Positions 42,401 through 55,347 are shown, counted from the stretch's first letter. The stretch is 64,000 nucleotides of DNA from Haliotis cracherodii (GCF_022045235.1 NW_027266330.1:4154001-4218000), one strand, 5' to 3'. Numbers and translations are program-made. The notes: a model not told the origin generated them from the letters alone.

Positions 42401-45400
42401 AGGACTTTATTACCAACTCCTGACTATGTAAAGCCAAATAAAGATGGACATGGTCTGACTTGGGAGCCCCCACAAAGACATCAATACCAATACTGACCAT
42501 GACCTGGAATGCCTCGCCAATCCTGCACTCGCCCGATGACGTCGTAATATTGACTCTGGAGGCGTCGGGAGTCGCCGTGAATATCATGGGACTACCCAGA
42601 ATCTCTTCCCCGTCGTAGTACACGTGTATCTGTGGAGGAGAGGAAGTGGCACCTGTACTGCAGGTATAATAATTAAACACGCAAGAGAGAGTCTCCATCA
42701 TTAAGCTATCACGGACCAGGGTATGGTCAAATACTTACGTCATCATGCCGGTATGAAATATTCTCACCAAATACCACTGTCATACCGTTTGACTTGTTGT
42801 GCTAATTGCTGGTGGCATTTTCATTGTCATTTTTATTGTCATGTTGATAATTCGGAGTTTCAAGTCTTTCTGATGAAAACATACGGATGCTGTCTGTGCA
42901 TTGTGTTTTAGTGTTAACCGAGTCTAGTGGAGATCAAGCCTGTGTCGACATGATCCTGACGCACGTGGACATAAATCCGCTATACATGACGCAGGTACCA
43001 CTGCCGTGAAGCGTCGTAAAATATACCACAAGAGTTGACGAGTACCATTGGTAAACAATTGGAAATCAGCGTTTGAAACAATTTTGTCATTTTGTATTCA
43101 TTGCTGCACTCCAGAAACACTCACTCAGAACAGTCCTGCTTGTCACACACGGACACGTGACTCATTACATTCCCGCCACATACACACATTGCTCATATGC
43201 TCGCCACATAGCTCACCTGATGTTCCCCAGTCTCGGTAGGGATGAAGGAACAGTCCACGACCTTGTCCTTCCACTTCATGTCACAGCGAGGCTGAGTGCT
43301 GGAGCCCCGGATGTCAACTTTGGTTTTCCCTTTAGACACGTCAACGTCCACAATCTCCAGCGAAAACGCTGCCTAGCAACGACAACAACGCCATTACGGA
43401 CACGAATGAGTATCACGAGCAGTTAAGGTGCGTTTACTGGGCTTCATCAATAACATGTACAAGTTACAAGATGAGTAGCTCCCTACACTGACATCTTCCC
43501 GAGGCAAGGGAGTAACTGACTTTAAAAGTCCAGTTTCCGCACTTGTCGAACTAGGCTGGAATTTCTGGGGTCGATCGTAGCGCCACCTGTGGCGATTACA
43601 AGTTATGTCTTTTCTATGCCCCTCCTATTGACCAATCAGATTCCATCTCTCATATCACTTGCATTTGCTAAAAATCAAAATGGCGGCTCCCAGTCAAGAC
43701 GATCTGATCGATGATCAAGATCTATATTGTAATAAAACGGGTCTTGCCGCGCGAAGTGCATCAAATCGCGTGAGTACCTTGATTTGAAAAATGAAAAGAT
43801 TTGGAAAATATCTGTCGACGACCAGTTGATGGGACAGATCCCTTGCAAATCCTGCAGTCGACCGATATCTACACCTTGAAATCCATGTTGTTTACGAACC
43901 GGATGTCAATCTCGTTAACTGAATTTGATTGGACTATGCGTAGACTCGTAAGTCCAGCCAAAATATATCTCCATAATCAAAACTTTGTTCGGCAAGGGTG
44001 GAAACTGTACTGTTAGTATCAGTTAACTCCCTTGCCTCGGGAGGATGTGCACCGGTGGCAGCACTGCACATTAGTACATGGTAACATGACCCTGTGTGAC
44101 AAGAGTTAGACTTGGTAACTGGAGCATGCACTTTTTAAATCAACAGTGGCGTTATATATGACTTTTAGAGTTTTGCTACTTTAATAAATATGACTGGGCT
44201 ATAACACCACTAGGATGATGATCATGATCATTATGATAACGATGACGAAGTATCAGTTATACCCGGGTGCCCTCCTTGATTCTAGACAGCGTGCAGTTCA
44301 TGACGAGTTTCTCGGCCTTGGCCTTGCGCGGCGTGATCCTCTGGAACTTGCTGATGTACGCCATGAGAGCGAGCTGGTCCACGTTGGGGTCGGCCATCTC
44401 CGCTGCAGTCAGCAGGGGTTCGATTCCTAGGGCCTTCGCTCCGTCGATTCCTGCTCGCAGAACGCAGCTTGTCGTCAGTTACTTTGACAACGTTCGCCAC
44501 AAACATACAAAGTCGTATGGAATACGAATCGTTTCTCTGAATGACGTAACGTTATCACCGGCAACCACACATCGACGTTTAACATATATGGTCTGTGATA
44601 CATTATGCTACTTTGAAAATTTGCGTTTTTCTAAAGCTATTCTGAATGGGCGATAACACACCGTTTTATTACAAATACATAGTGTGGTATTAGGGTAAGG
44701 TCTAATGATATACCTGAATTATCACGCACCTGTTGCAAGGAAATGCCCAATTTAAGCAACTAAAGTGTGGATGAGTTACGTTTCTATGTACACAAGACAT
44801 ATTTTGTCAACAGATTTCAGACCTTTCTGGCAGTTGGATACTTGGTCATTCCTGTCAACGTTTGGCCAGCCGGACACCTCCCCTCCCAGCGAGTGGACAA
44901 TAGAGCACAGATAGAACCCATCATTCCAGTCCGTCTGAAGGAGAAACAGGCAAAATAGTGACTACACACACAGACCAAAGTGACCACACACATAGACCTC
45001 AGTGAGTACACATGGTAGCCCATGGTGACTACAGACACAGAACACAGTGACTACACATGCAGACCAAAGTGACTACACACATAGACCATAGTGACTCCAC
45101 ACACAGACCATAGTGACTACACACATAGACCATAGTGACTCCACACATAGACCATAGTGACTCCACACACAGACCATAGTGACTACACACACAGACCATA
45201 GTGACTACACACACAGACCACATTGACTACACACATAGACCATAGTGACTCCACAAACAGACCATAAGGACTACACACACATACCATAGTGACTCCACAC
45301 ATAGACCATAGTGACTCCACACACAGACCATAGTGACTACACACACAGACCACATTGACTACACACACAGACCATAGTGACTACACACAGACCATAGTGA

Positions 45401-48400
45401 CTCCACACAGAGACCATAGTGACTCCACACACACATACCATAGTGACTCCACACACACAGACCATAGTGACTACACACACAGACCATAGTGACTACACAC
45501 ACACCTACCATAGTGACTGCACACACAGACCATAGTGACTGCAGACACAGACCATAGTGACTGCACACACAGACCATAGTGACTCCACACACACAGACCA
45601 TAGTGACTCCACACACAGACCATAGTGACTACACACACACCTACCATAGTGACTGCACACACAGACCATAGTGACTGCAGACACATACCATGGTGACTAC
45701 ACACAGACCATAGTGACTCCACACGCACATACCATAGTGACTACACACACATACCATAGTGACTCCACACACATACCATAGTGACTCCACACACACATAA
45801 CATAGTGACTCCACACACAGACCATAGTGACTCCACACACAGACCATAGTGACTCCACACACAGACCATAGTGACTCCACACACACATACCATAGTGACT
45901 CAACACACAGACCATAGTGACTCCACACACAGACCATAGTGACTCCACACACAGACCATAGTGACTTCACAAACAGACCATAGTGACTCCACACACAGAC
46001 CATAGTGACCACACACACAGACCATAGTGACTACACACACAGACCATAGTGACTACACACACAGACCATAGTGACCACACACACAGACCATAGTGACTAC
46101 ACACACATACAATAGTGACTACACACACAGACCATAGTGACTCCACACACATACCATAGTGACTCCACACACACACACCATAGTGGCTACACACACAGAC
46201 CATAGTGACTCCACACACAGACCATCGTGACTACACACACATACCATAATGACTACACACACACATACCATAGTGGCTACACACACATACCATAGTGACT
46301 ACACACACATACCATAGTGACTACACACACAGACCATCGTGACTCCACACACACACACCATAGTGGCTACACACACAGACCATAGTGACTACACACACAC
46401 ATACCATAGTGACTACACACACATACCATAGTGACTACACACACAGACCATAGTGACTCCACACACATACCATAGTGACTCCACACACAGACCATAGTGA
46501 CTCCACACACACATACCATAGTGACTACACACACACATACCATAGTGGCTACACACACATACCATAGTGACTACACACACATACCATAGTGACTACACAC
46601 ACAGACCATCGTGACTCCACACACACACACCATAGTGGCTACACACACAGACCATAGTGACTACACACACACATACCATAGTGACTACACACACATACCA
46701 TAGTGACTACACACACATACCATAGTGACTACACACACAGACCATAGTGACTCCACACACACATACCATAGTGACTCCACACACAGACCATAGTGACTCC
46801 ACACACACATACCATAGTGAGTACACACAAAGACCATAGTGACTCCACACATACAGACCATAGTGAGTACACACACAGACCATAGTGACTACACACACAG
46901 ACCATAGTGACTCCACACACACAGACCATAGTGAGTACACACACATACCATAGTGACTACACACACAGACCATAGTGACTCCACACACACAGGCCATAGT
47001 GACTACACACACAGACCATAGTGAGTACACACACAGACCATAGTGACTACACACACAGACCATAGTGACTCCACACACACAGACCATAGTGAGTACACAC
47101 ACATACCATAGTGACTACACACACAGACCATAGTGACTCCACACACACAGACCATAGTGAGTACACGCACAGACCATAGTCACTACACACACGGACCATA
47201 GTGACTCCACACACACATACCATAGTGAGTACACGCACAGACCATAGTTACTACACACACAGACCATAGTGACTCCACACACACAGACCATAGTGAGTAC
47301 ACACACAGACCATAGTGACTACACACACAGAACATAGTGACTCCACACACACAGACCATAGTGAGTACACACACAGACCATAGTGACTCCACACAGAACA
47401 TAGTGACTCCACACACACAGACCACAGTGAGTACACACACAGACCATAGTGACTCCACACAGACACACTGACCACAGTGGACCACATATATTCTCTACGA
47501 CATCAAAAGATGAAAACACACAAAAGCAACAAAAAAAATATGCGAAAGATGCTTTACCTTACATGCAAGCACATGGGATAATCAATAAGTGAATACAACA
47601 CACGAGTTACAGTACATCATCGGTTACAGATCCACGGGGCTACGGCATGCACGCTGTCACTTCACAGTATACGTGTTCAACTGATGCACATTTCAAATAA
47701 ACAGGACATTATCCGGATGTACTGTACATCAGGTAGTCGGTTGCTAGGTTACAGCAGCTTCAGATGCTATCTTATCTCCACACGGAACACATTGCACAGT
47801 TGTTGCAGACAGTGGGGTGAGACACGGACTGAGCGTGGGACAAGGATTGCGTGGTATAAGGGTCTGCTTTTAAAGGTTCTTATATTCGAATGAATTCCGC
47901 ATGGAATGTGGTTCATGTTTGTAGAATTGGTGAAAAAGTACCATTTTCACCGATTTTGTTCTCTTTTGGTAACATCTTCGACGATAAAGGAATGCTCAGC
48001 GTGTTTTGAATGTTTCTAACCGGGACTTCGGAAACGAAAGAGCGTTGTTACTTTATTTAGCATGTGGCTAACTTCACCTTGAAGGCTTTGTTTTCATACA
48101 TGATCCGAATCTGACTTCACGTGTTGGCTTAAAAATAAATATCGGAATGATTTCAGAAAAGCTTAAAACACGTCAAAGTCTTTTATATTTGACGACAGAG
48201 GACGGAGAGAAGATATTCGACAGTTGCGCTGGTACGCCCTTACAACGTGATGCAGATCACAACATCCCTATACTAGATTAAAAACTGTTGAATACAAACG
48301 GTATGATCGAGCAACAGGCTCCACCTATAATCCGCTCATCCGATAGCATCCGAGGCTGACATTCTTCATGATAAATGCCTGTACTACATAGTTTAGATTT

Positions 48401-49525
48401 ACCGCTGGCTGCTCAAGGCGCATATTCTTATCTCGAGACCTGGGTAATGCAGGGAAGCCTACTCTCCCTGGTTTTATTTACTTATCCGACGAACGCATAG
48501 ACCAATTACGCAAGGGACACTGTCGTCACAAGGTTTTCCTCATTCGTTTGATTCTGTGAATACCAAGTCTATGTGGCAACATGGGCAACGGAGGACATTT
48601 CCAAAGACGTCGTTGTGTGGGGACAGTGCCTACCGTCGGGGTCTTTGCTTACAGAGCTAATATTTGGTATAAGAATTTGGTGTCAGTGTGCCGAGCCTTT
48701 GAATTCTCAAATCGATGCAAGGAATTCAGCACGTAAGTTATGTCTTTTGTCTTGTACTCTAAGATACGGGAAGCATTTTGATAAAAGAACCAAGCGCATT
48801 GTTTAAAAAATGTAAATAGGTGGGTTGGTCCCATAGATGATATTTCATTTTTTAATGGAGGTAAATATTTTATTCTCAGAGCTTTTCGGCGACATAGGGG
48901 ACATGAGGATTGCTGTGTCTCAGTGTTGTGATTACTTATGGACGTGATAACATGATGAACGCGGTGACCAAAGAGATAGTTTTCATTCAAGCTATATAAT
49001 TTTCACATATGCGATATGAACGTTTTATGACATTAAATATTATACGGTCATGAATGAATAAGTGTTATAAACTAAAGAAGATGAGAAACAAATATTGATC
49101 AATCTTTGATATCTTTTGTTGATATTTATATCGTGCAGGGAGATATGTACGGAAAACGACTCAAACGACATTCATAGAACGACAATTGTACTTGCTACTT
49201 GTACTTGTAATTGCTAAAGGTAGTTCACTTATGTTTAGAGGTTTAAATATTTTTTATATAATATATCACTACATATAGTAAATACAATGTCAAAACAACA
49301 ATCGTATATATTATATATTTAGACTTTATACTTGAAAGGACATTCAGGTAATCTGTATATTTCAAAATAACGCACAAATGAAGAATAAGAAACGTCTGAA
49401 TAATTATCGTGGATTTAACAAATGATAAAAACGTGACAAACGAATAAATATTATGCATTAATGAATTCTTAAAATTACAAAATAAATGAAACTTTTATCC
49501 GTCTCCATAGTGGTTACAATGTGGG

Positions 49526-49580
<55 letters not shown>

Positions 49581-52231
49581 AACGTCAACCCTGGGTAACA
49601 CTAAACGGGTGTCTACCCCCACCCCTACTCTACATCACAGGGAGGAGGATGCCTCACCGACAGGTTGCTGATGGTGGTGGTGCGGAGCTGGCGACACACC
49701 CAGTTGAGTGTGGAGTAGTACCCCGGGGAGTCCTTCTTTATGAAGTAGGAGAGATAGGTCATTGCCGAGAGATCATCCAGGTCGCTGCTGGCGAAGTCTT
49801 CAGGACTTATCACCTTGGGGACGTTCAGGTGTTGTTTTGCCAGCTGCATGGCCCGCCGACAGTTCTCCACCCTTCACGGAGGAAAAAACGAAAGGGAAAA
49901 TAAAACTGATCCTTGAGGAGTAAAAAAATACATACAAGGAATCTCGCAAAAAGGGGTGAAACGCAACAAGGTCATGGGGATGTTTGGAAGAAGATTTCGA
50001 TGGAGGTAAATCCACATGATATAGATTTAGTATAGATACGCAGTCTCTTTTTTCGAGAGACATTTGACCTTGAACTGTTGTCAACTTCAGTCTAGGCAAG
50101 GAGTAACTGAGATGCATTTGATCGTAGTAGCCATGTGATGTCAGAATATGTTCCTCATTTACCTTGCTGATTCAAACGGGGATCAGAGACCGCCTCCGTG
50201 GTCTAGTGGTAGAGCGTCCGCCCGGAGAGCGGAAGGTCCGGGGTTCGATCCCCGGCCGCGTCATACCAAAAGACGTTTAAAGATGGTACTTGTTGTTACC
50301 CTGTCTGACGTTCGGCATTAAGGGGCTCAAACAAGGACTGGTCGGCTCGGAGTCAGTATACTGTGTCTGAGTGGGGTATTCATGTTCAACTGGGGCATGG
50401 TATCTCAGTGAGCTAGCACTATAAATCGGCATTAGTCCGGACTAGTACAAGCAGCCACACAAACACGTACATGCACGTCGATGAATAAGTGCAATAATCT
50501 TGGACGCGACGTTAAACCTCATTTCACCTCACCTCAAACAGGGATCGGGTGGTGACCTCCCTGTCTGACTCCCTGGTGGTATTATTATCATTAGTAGTAG
50601 TAGTAATAGTAGTAGTAAAAGTAGTAGTAGTAGTATACGTTTATAGTATCAAGGTACTAGTATCTGCCCAAATGCGGTTTTACTTGTTCCCCGACCAGTG
50701 GATCCGTTTGTATTCCAGTTATCATTTTCAACTCCATGGGGAGTATACGACCCAAGCTGCCTACGGACGCTAGCGGGTTTTTACATCCACCTCATAAATC
50801 AGGTACCCATTCCCTGCTGGGTGAACAGAGGCACATTTGAACTAAGTCACTTGCCCAGGGTGACACCACAAGTGTTGGCACTTTTGATTCGGGTGTATGT
50901 AGTATTTGTGTTTCCACCATCTGGTCATCTACCATCAGATGAGGGGGTTGCTCATGCCCTCAACCACTGGTTTGCCGCGGTCTTGTGCAGACCGTCGTGT
51001 TATAGTATGTGCTGACACTCACTCACTCACAAACACAGTACATAATTAATAGTATTCTGATATTTCCAACTTACTTATTTTTGGGGTTGAGGCTTCTCCA
51101 GTCTGGGCACGTTCCCGGCTTGCAGTATTCAATGAGGGCGCTGCGAATAGACAGAGTCATGTCAAGGTGAGGTTGTATGACAGTACATCGCCCCCCCCCC
51201 CCCCCCCCCCTCCACAGTGAAATGCGGCGCCTAAAACGACTGAGCCACCCGTGCCCCTCACAAATATAGAGGTGAGTCACAGATTGTCTTGTGCACATTT
51301 TCTTCACACGATGTAATCGCTTCATGTAAGGAATTTACCCTCACTGTGGTGAATGAGGCGTTGGGTTGAACGCCGACTGGAACAATATTTCAGAAAGATC
51401 TCGGCCTGTCAATTTAATATAAACCGAAGTGATTCATGTCTTACCAGTGTAGTGAAGCACCAGTATAAGGTGCTATCAAATCAAGAAACACAATTAGAGT
51501 GAAGATGGATTCTAAACCTTGAACACGTTTCCTGCAAGGCCTAAGGGACGCAAATTGCGGTGCTTTAGACGTCTCGGTCATATGTGCACCCTGTTTACTT
51601 GAAGTCGACGTTGAAGATCTGATGAATACAGCACCTCACTCAGGGCTTGTCAGTTTGTAGTTAGTGAGTTGGGGTTAACGCCGCTCATAACAGTAACTAA
51701 CTTCAGCAGCAGAGAGATTGGTGACGACAATTGGTTCTGACGTCATGGTAACAGAGGACAAACCAAAGCACTGCAATGCAATTTCATTGTAATATTATCC
51801 ATATCTCCAAGGAGATATCGCTTGATTTAACTCAAGCGATACCTCCCGTGGAAGCCCGATTTTGATGATAAAAATATATGTTACCACGCCCTTTTAATGA
51901 TTACTAGTCCAGTACTCGCAACCTTATATCAACTTTCAACAATTACCAGGGCATCATTGTCAACATGATTGTACAACACCCACATCACTTCTTATGTTAA
52001 CAACACTTTAGTATGGCAGCAGGACGACTACGTACTGTAACGCTACGCCGTTGCTCCAGTCGGTGGTGAAGTTGCCGATGTTGATGTCGACGAGGACGGA
52101 CTTAAACCACGCCATCATCAGCTTCTTGGGAGGGGCTTTGGACTTGCTGGTGCTGATCTGGTACCTCAAGATCAGATGCCATAGCAACCCCAGAACAAGC
52201 TTCAGGTTACCATTGACAACGTCCTCGTTTC
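30982..52231 (-). CDS. jbug: Filamin-family protein, jitterbug/FLN-2 type (3 CH + 8 Ig repeats), 20 exons; the 5' exons encoding most of CH1 were not found in the window
   Basis: Exons join in frame (3053 nt, phase-1 start, TGA at 30982). CH motifs DVVNGNLKLVLGLLWHLILRYQI, NFTTDWSNGVAL and TDWNDGFYLCSIV; eight Ig repeats ending in GSP/GCP/WSP strands; the C-terminus GPKGGFKVDMRRE..ILCRYDPTE..W.GEHVPGSPFEVNIF resembles jitterbug (from recollection). Confidence 0.85.
31533..31800 (+). mobile_element. SINE-like family C copy
   Basis: Homology to 59859-60125. Confidence 0.8.
31832..31999 (-). CDS. filamin exon (Ig7/Ig8)
   Basis: gtag|GSPFVLRV..DPSKVKVFGPGL..AGAGQLAVKIKGPK|gtaaac. Confidence 0.92.
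32444..32593 (-). CDS. filamin exon (Ig7)
   Basis: acag|GEITATCTG..LQIRYDGETVP|gtgggt. Confidence 0.9.
32797..32973 (-). CDS. filamin exon (Ig6/Ig7)
   Basis: ccag|GGFLLYVYWSDDLVPGCPFKITV..VNTKEAGP|gtaagt. Confidence 0.92.
33233..33337 (-). CDS. filamin exon (Ig6)
   Basis: ttgcag|GVCRVRMQGVRDNLEVEM..YRCTYTSPLP|gtaaag. Confidence 0.87.
33331..35000 (-). repeat. 31-bp minisatellite containing a filamin acceptor site, about 54 copies
   Basis: Sense unit gtacatgacacgtgtgtgttgcag|gtgtgtg. Confidence 0.93.
35180..35365 (-). CDS. filamin exon (Ig5/Ig6)
   Basis: taag|GDHYINIYWSD..DVTKVNIVGHG..FVVDGKKAGP|gtcagt. Confidence 0.9.
35450..35949. mobile_element. MITE with long (about 90 bp) terminal inverted repeats
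   Basis: tatattgtcaatctcattcaaatca..agatctgaggacatccca mirrored at the right end; both strands encode IYCQSHSNQIL. Confidence 0.82.
36507..36608 (-). CDS. filamin exon (Ig5)
   Basis: tacag|GRMTCEILGPVGKIPV..SFTAKHE|gtaggt. Confidence 0.88.
36609..36995 (-). repeat. 40-bp minisatellite ending at a filamin acceptor, about 9 copies
   Basis: Sense unit agagtataacgtgtttattctaccgggtacccctgta(a/c)ag|. Confidence 0.9.
37314..37460 (-). CDS. filamin exon (Ig4/Ig5)
   Basis: caag|GSPFFPGF..DFDTSNAGP|gtaaaa. Confidence 0.88.
37527..37650 (+). mobile_element. SINE family B copy
   Basis: Homology to 16147-16306. Confidence 0.7.
38804..38932 (-). CDS. filamin exon (Ig4)
   Basis: ttcag|KNGTKID..YIPRLAGSYRIDVMWGDRHVN|gtaagc. 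Confidence 0.9.
39030..39330 (-). mobile_element. SINE family D, 5'-truncated copy
   Basis: Reverse complement of 50240-50525. Confidence 0.75.
39801..39944 (-). CDS. filamin exon (Ig3/Ig4)
   Basis: ctag|GSPCHMEVYDPSSITVRGDGL..TVHIE|gtacgt. Confidence 0.9.
40480..40656 (-). CDS. filamin exon (Ig3)
   Basis: ccag|VNWKAAGSDDITVDVTGP..FSPQETGRHTV..QIR|gtatgt. Confidence 0.9.
40735..41190 (+). mobile_element. SINE family E 3' fragment with a (TAC)n tail expanded to about 330 bp
   Basis: tccactgctcggggaacaa..aaccgcatt..actagtacct shared with 50640-50710; explains the poly-Thr/Ser ORFs. Confidence 0.65.
41544..41681 (-). CDS. filamin exon (Ig2/Ig3)
   Basis: gcag|GDWKVTVRFEGQEVQGSPVMVKAYD..AAFV|gtacgt. 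Confidence 0.9.
41793..41922 (-). CDS. filamin exon (Ig2)
   Basis: taag|VDLAGV..EVTAPAG..SFRPTEP|gtaaag. Confidence 0.86.
42013..42360 (-). mobile_element. SINE family A copy with a partly duplicated head
   Basis: Homology to 59106-59386; segment cataggtttctg..aagggacgcaactctg occurs twice. Confidence 0.75.
42498..42629 (-). CDS. filamin exon (Ig1/Ig2)
   Basis: acag|IHVYYDGEEILGSPMIF..GEAFQVM|gtcagt. Confidence 0.85.
43217..43372 (-). CDS. filamin exon (Ig1)
   Basis: ctag|AAFSLEIV..CSFIPTETGEHQ|gtgagc. Confidence 0.88.
43492..44047. mobile_element. MITE family F copy 2
   Basis: TIR catcttcccgaggcaagggagtaactga / tcagttaactcccttgcctcgggaggatg. Confidence 0.8.
44263..44450 (-). CDS. filamin exon (CH3 end)
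   Basis: gcag|GIDGAKALGIEPLLTAAEMADPNVDQLALMAYISKF..EGTR|gtataa. Confidence 0.88.
44823..44934 (-). CDS. filamin exon (CH3)
   Basis: ttcag|TDWNDGFYLCSIVHSLGG..SNCQK|gtctga. Confidence 0.9.
44955..47485. repeat. 22-24-bp minisatellite accatagtgact(a/c)cacacacag, about 110 copies
   Basis: Direct reading; produces the many CVVTMV ORFs. Confidence 0.93.
49658..49871 (-). CDS. filamin exon (CH2 end / CH3 start)
   Basis: gaag|VENCRRAMQLAK..SAMTYLSYF..TLNWV..SNLS|gtgagg. Confidence 0.9.
50188..50533 (+). mobile_element. SINE family D (tRNA head plus Meta-like central domain)
   Basis: A box GTGGTCTAGTGG, B box GGTTCGATCCCC, body CATACCAAAAGACGTTTAAAGATGGTAC..GCATTAAGGG; imperfect TSD tcaaac(g/a)gggatc; other copies at 39030-39330(-), 53056-53266(+), 36190-36340 (partial) and 19835-20229(-, interrupted). 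Confidence 0.78.
50586..50990 (-). mobile_element. SINE family E (CORE-like domain, (TAC)n tail)
   Basis: Minus strand reads ccctgggcaagtgacttag..gtgcctctgttcacccagcagggaatgggtacctg; 3' part homologous to 40735-40860. Confidence 0.6.
51075..51140 (-). CDS. filamin exon (CH2)
   Basis: gcag|ALIEYCKPGTCPDWRSLNPKN|gtaagt. Confidence 0.92.
52036..52231 (-). CDS. filamin exon (CH1 end / CH2 start)
   Basis: ccag|GNEDVVNGNLKLVLGLLW..DWSNGVAL|gtacgt. Confidence 0.92.
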
Positions 52232-53055
52232 CTGGAACACAAGATATGGCGGATAACAATGTGAAAAAATATATCTTTCCTCCATATCACTATACCGATA
52301 ACTTTTAAGTGCATTAGGAGGAGCACAGTTAGAGGTTAGAGGCAGAAACATCGTTTAATTTCATTTGAAAACATACGCATTTGCCATGAAGTCATTCACG
52401 TTATCTCGGCTGCTCCGGTGCACGCGTTACACGCCATCCCTATTTCACAAAGCGATGTCAGGGCTGTACCCCTCGTGGGCCTATGTTTGCTAAGATCGCT
52501 TTGTGAAGCGGGCCCTTAATCCACAAGTTGTACACGTTTCTGTCCGTGGTTTGATTGACAGGTAAATGGACGTCAAGGCTGTACGGCGGTGGGATCTGCT
52601 TCTCGTAATCGTTGTGTAAGTGAGTCAGTAATTTTGCTTTCGAAACTATTTGAGGTATAACACGGAATGTCAACTGGATATGATAAGGAAAGCCCGACCT
52701 GATGCAGTTATGTTTACCACCTAGAAACAAAATCAGGAAAATCTGCGATTTCAACACACCAGGTTTCATAGGTTTCTGACACGTCTAAGGGACGCAACTC
52801 TAGAATGCGAATCGATCGACTGGGACGACTGGTGTTGTACGGAGAAGTGACGCGAGACAGGTAAGTGAGCTGATTGTGCGTTCGCCAGCCACCTAGAAGG
52901 TCGACGCTCTGTCACAAGAAGTGTCTGTTTGTAAATCCAGTTTTTGTGTTCACTGTCAACATTACCTACACAACGTACACCATAGTTGTCTTTTTGCGAA
53001 ACAGTAGTGTGAAGACGACTCTACTGTACATACATACCGTGCCTTCGTCTTAAAG

Positions 53056-53266
53056 ACCGCCTCCGTGGTCTAGTGGAAAGAGCGTCTGCCCGGAGAGCAG
53101 AAGATGTGGTTCGATCCGGAGGCACATCATACCAAACGACGTTGAAATATTGTACTTGTTGTTACCCTACTCGACATTAAGGGGACACAACAAGGACTGT
53201 CTGGCTTGAAGTCCCGATACTGTGTCTGAGTGGGCTATCCGTGTTAAACTGAGGCATGGTTTCTTA
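53056..53266 (+). mobile_element. SINE family D copy running into an assembly gap
   Basis: Same head gaccgcctccgtggtctagtgg. Confidence 0.75.
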
Positions 53267-53827
53267 NNNNNNNNNNNNNNNNNNNNNNNNNNNNNNNNNN
53301 NNNNNNNNNNNNNNNNNNNNNNNNNNNNNNNNNNNNNNNNNNNNNNNNNNNNNNNNNNNNNNNNNNNNNNNNNNNNNNNNNNNNNNNNNNNNNNNNNNNN
53401 NNNNNNNNCCCCTCCACGTTATAAAGAATTAGTTGTGAAGCATCAGTGCCAAACTAGTTGTGTGTAAGGTCGTCATCTCGTGTAAATACACACGTTACAA
53501 TGCAGGCGTCACGCCTGCTTAAGCTTGGACAAAAGAAACGCAGAAATTCTGCAGCCTAAATCATACGCGATTCTGTTGATGAACATTGCAGGAATCGATT
53601 TGGATCGATATAATGAGAGCCAGGGTAGGTTGTCTCGGTTGGAGTTCCGCCATCCCACCAGATCCACCTGGACAACGCTAGCCCAAGTGATACTGAAAAT
53701 GACTATGTCTTCTATCACTCTTCATGTATAATTTCGAAATAGCAAACGTATTTTTATTAAAATATTTCATTATTAAATTCGTTACTTCATTTTGTTTACA
53801 CTTACATACATCCCTTCCCATGGGTTA

Positions 53828-54088
53828 GTGGCCCACGATGGCCCGGTCGTCTGAGGCGCCACAATTTGCTCCGAAAAGTTCGTCCCTTTGGCAGGACAGA
53901 AACCTATGATTGTGGGTTCGAATCCCGGTTCGTCAGCACCATATCTGTACCCGATGGTTTGACTAAAGTGGTAAACGTCTAAGACCTACATCAATTCGGG
54001 CTTTCCTCCCACATTAAGCTGAAATGCTATGACATAACTGGAATACTGTTCAAAGCGGCGTTAAACCCAACACACTCACTCACTCACT
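53828..54088 (+). mobile_element. SINE family A copy
   Basis: Homologous to 20652-20922 with an internal deletion. Confidence 0.8.
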
Positions 54089-55347
54089 GTGAGAGTATGA
54101 TTTTAAGCACCTTTTAACAATATTACAGCCACGTCGAGGCGAGGACAACAAAATATTCCCAAGAGAATCCGATCAAAAAATGTAAAATTGAGGAAATCAA
54201 ACTTCACGAATTCAGATCTATTAATAGCCTTCCACAGATCGAGTGACAAACCGATGATAAATTGACACCGACAATACCATTAAAGGAACATCGAGCGCAG
54301 ACCGAATCTAACTCTGAATAAAAATCATGAGAGTACCCGTTCGATAGAAAAGCAACATGGAGTATAATTTTCCTTGATTGGGAATCAATTACCAAGTTGG
54401 CCAAAGGAAATTTGATATTTATCCCGCAACTTTAGATCAATATACTTTGCCCGGAACATAAATTCTCAATCACGTGATATTGATCGAAGGCCCCGTCACT
54501 TAAGCTGGCAAACGACGTGAAGAAACAGTAAGCAGAACTTTGTTTTAGTTGTGGCCACAATACCTGTGCGACGAAACAAATTATACAGTCAATAATTACC
54601 ACCTGTTCCTAAATTTCCCGTTCAGGGCCGTTTACCGCCCCCACTATAAAACTGACTTGACCATTGTGTATAGAAACATCACACATCCTTGAATACCCTA
54701 AGCACTATGCGCTGTTAACGGAATTAAATGCCCGTGTAGTTTTAAGACAAACACGCACTTGACCTCGCCCGCTGAAGGAATCCACTGGCTAAACGTGTTG
54801 AAGGGTCGCCGCTAACGATATTGCACTCATAATACGTTCTTGGCCGCTGTGTGGTTGGCAAAAGATCGGGACCGACCGTCTGATATTCAGGGTGGTGGGG
54901 ACTTTGAAAAAATAATTTGCCTCAGATTCTACGAATAACATGCGTCTTGTAATAACAAATTGTATTTTTCTTTTCAGATTTTTCGGCTCCTTTCACAGAC
55001 ACTAACTGCCTGCTCTGAAGCAGGGGCTTGACATATCCTGTGTTAATAAATAAAAAAACACACACGCGCATTAGTCCGGACTAGTACAAGTAGTAACACT
55101 CACACGCACGTGCATTTGCCCGGTCTAGTACAAGCACTCACACGAACATACACGTGCATAAGTCCGAACTAGTACAAGCAGTAACATTCACACAGACGGG
55201 CATTTGTCCGGACTAGTGCAAGCACTCACACGCACACACATGCATGCGCGCCGCCGTGTATGCGTGGAATAGTTCAATTCCATTTGACCTCACCTGCACG
55301 TTATAGAGGTACATAAACCCCAACAGCGCTGATCAGCCTATTCTTAC

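Noticed and set aside
45029-47519. Numerous CVVTMV-type ORFs
   Set aside because: Translations of the 22-24-bp minisatellite.
50188-50262. tRNA gene
   Set aside because: It has A and B boxes but continues into a SINE body with a TSD and multiple copies; the same applies to the heads at 16147, 20652 and 53056.
53508-53600. Short dispersed repeat shared with 55465-55560
   Set aside because: Only two degenerate copies and no termini, so it cannot be classified.
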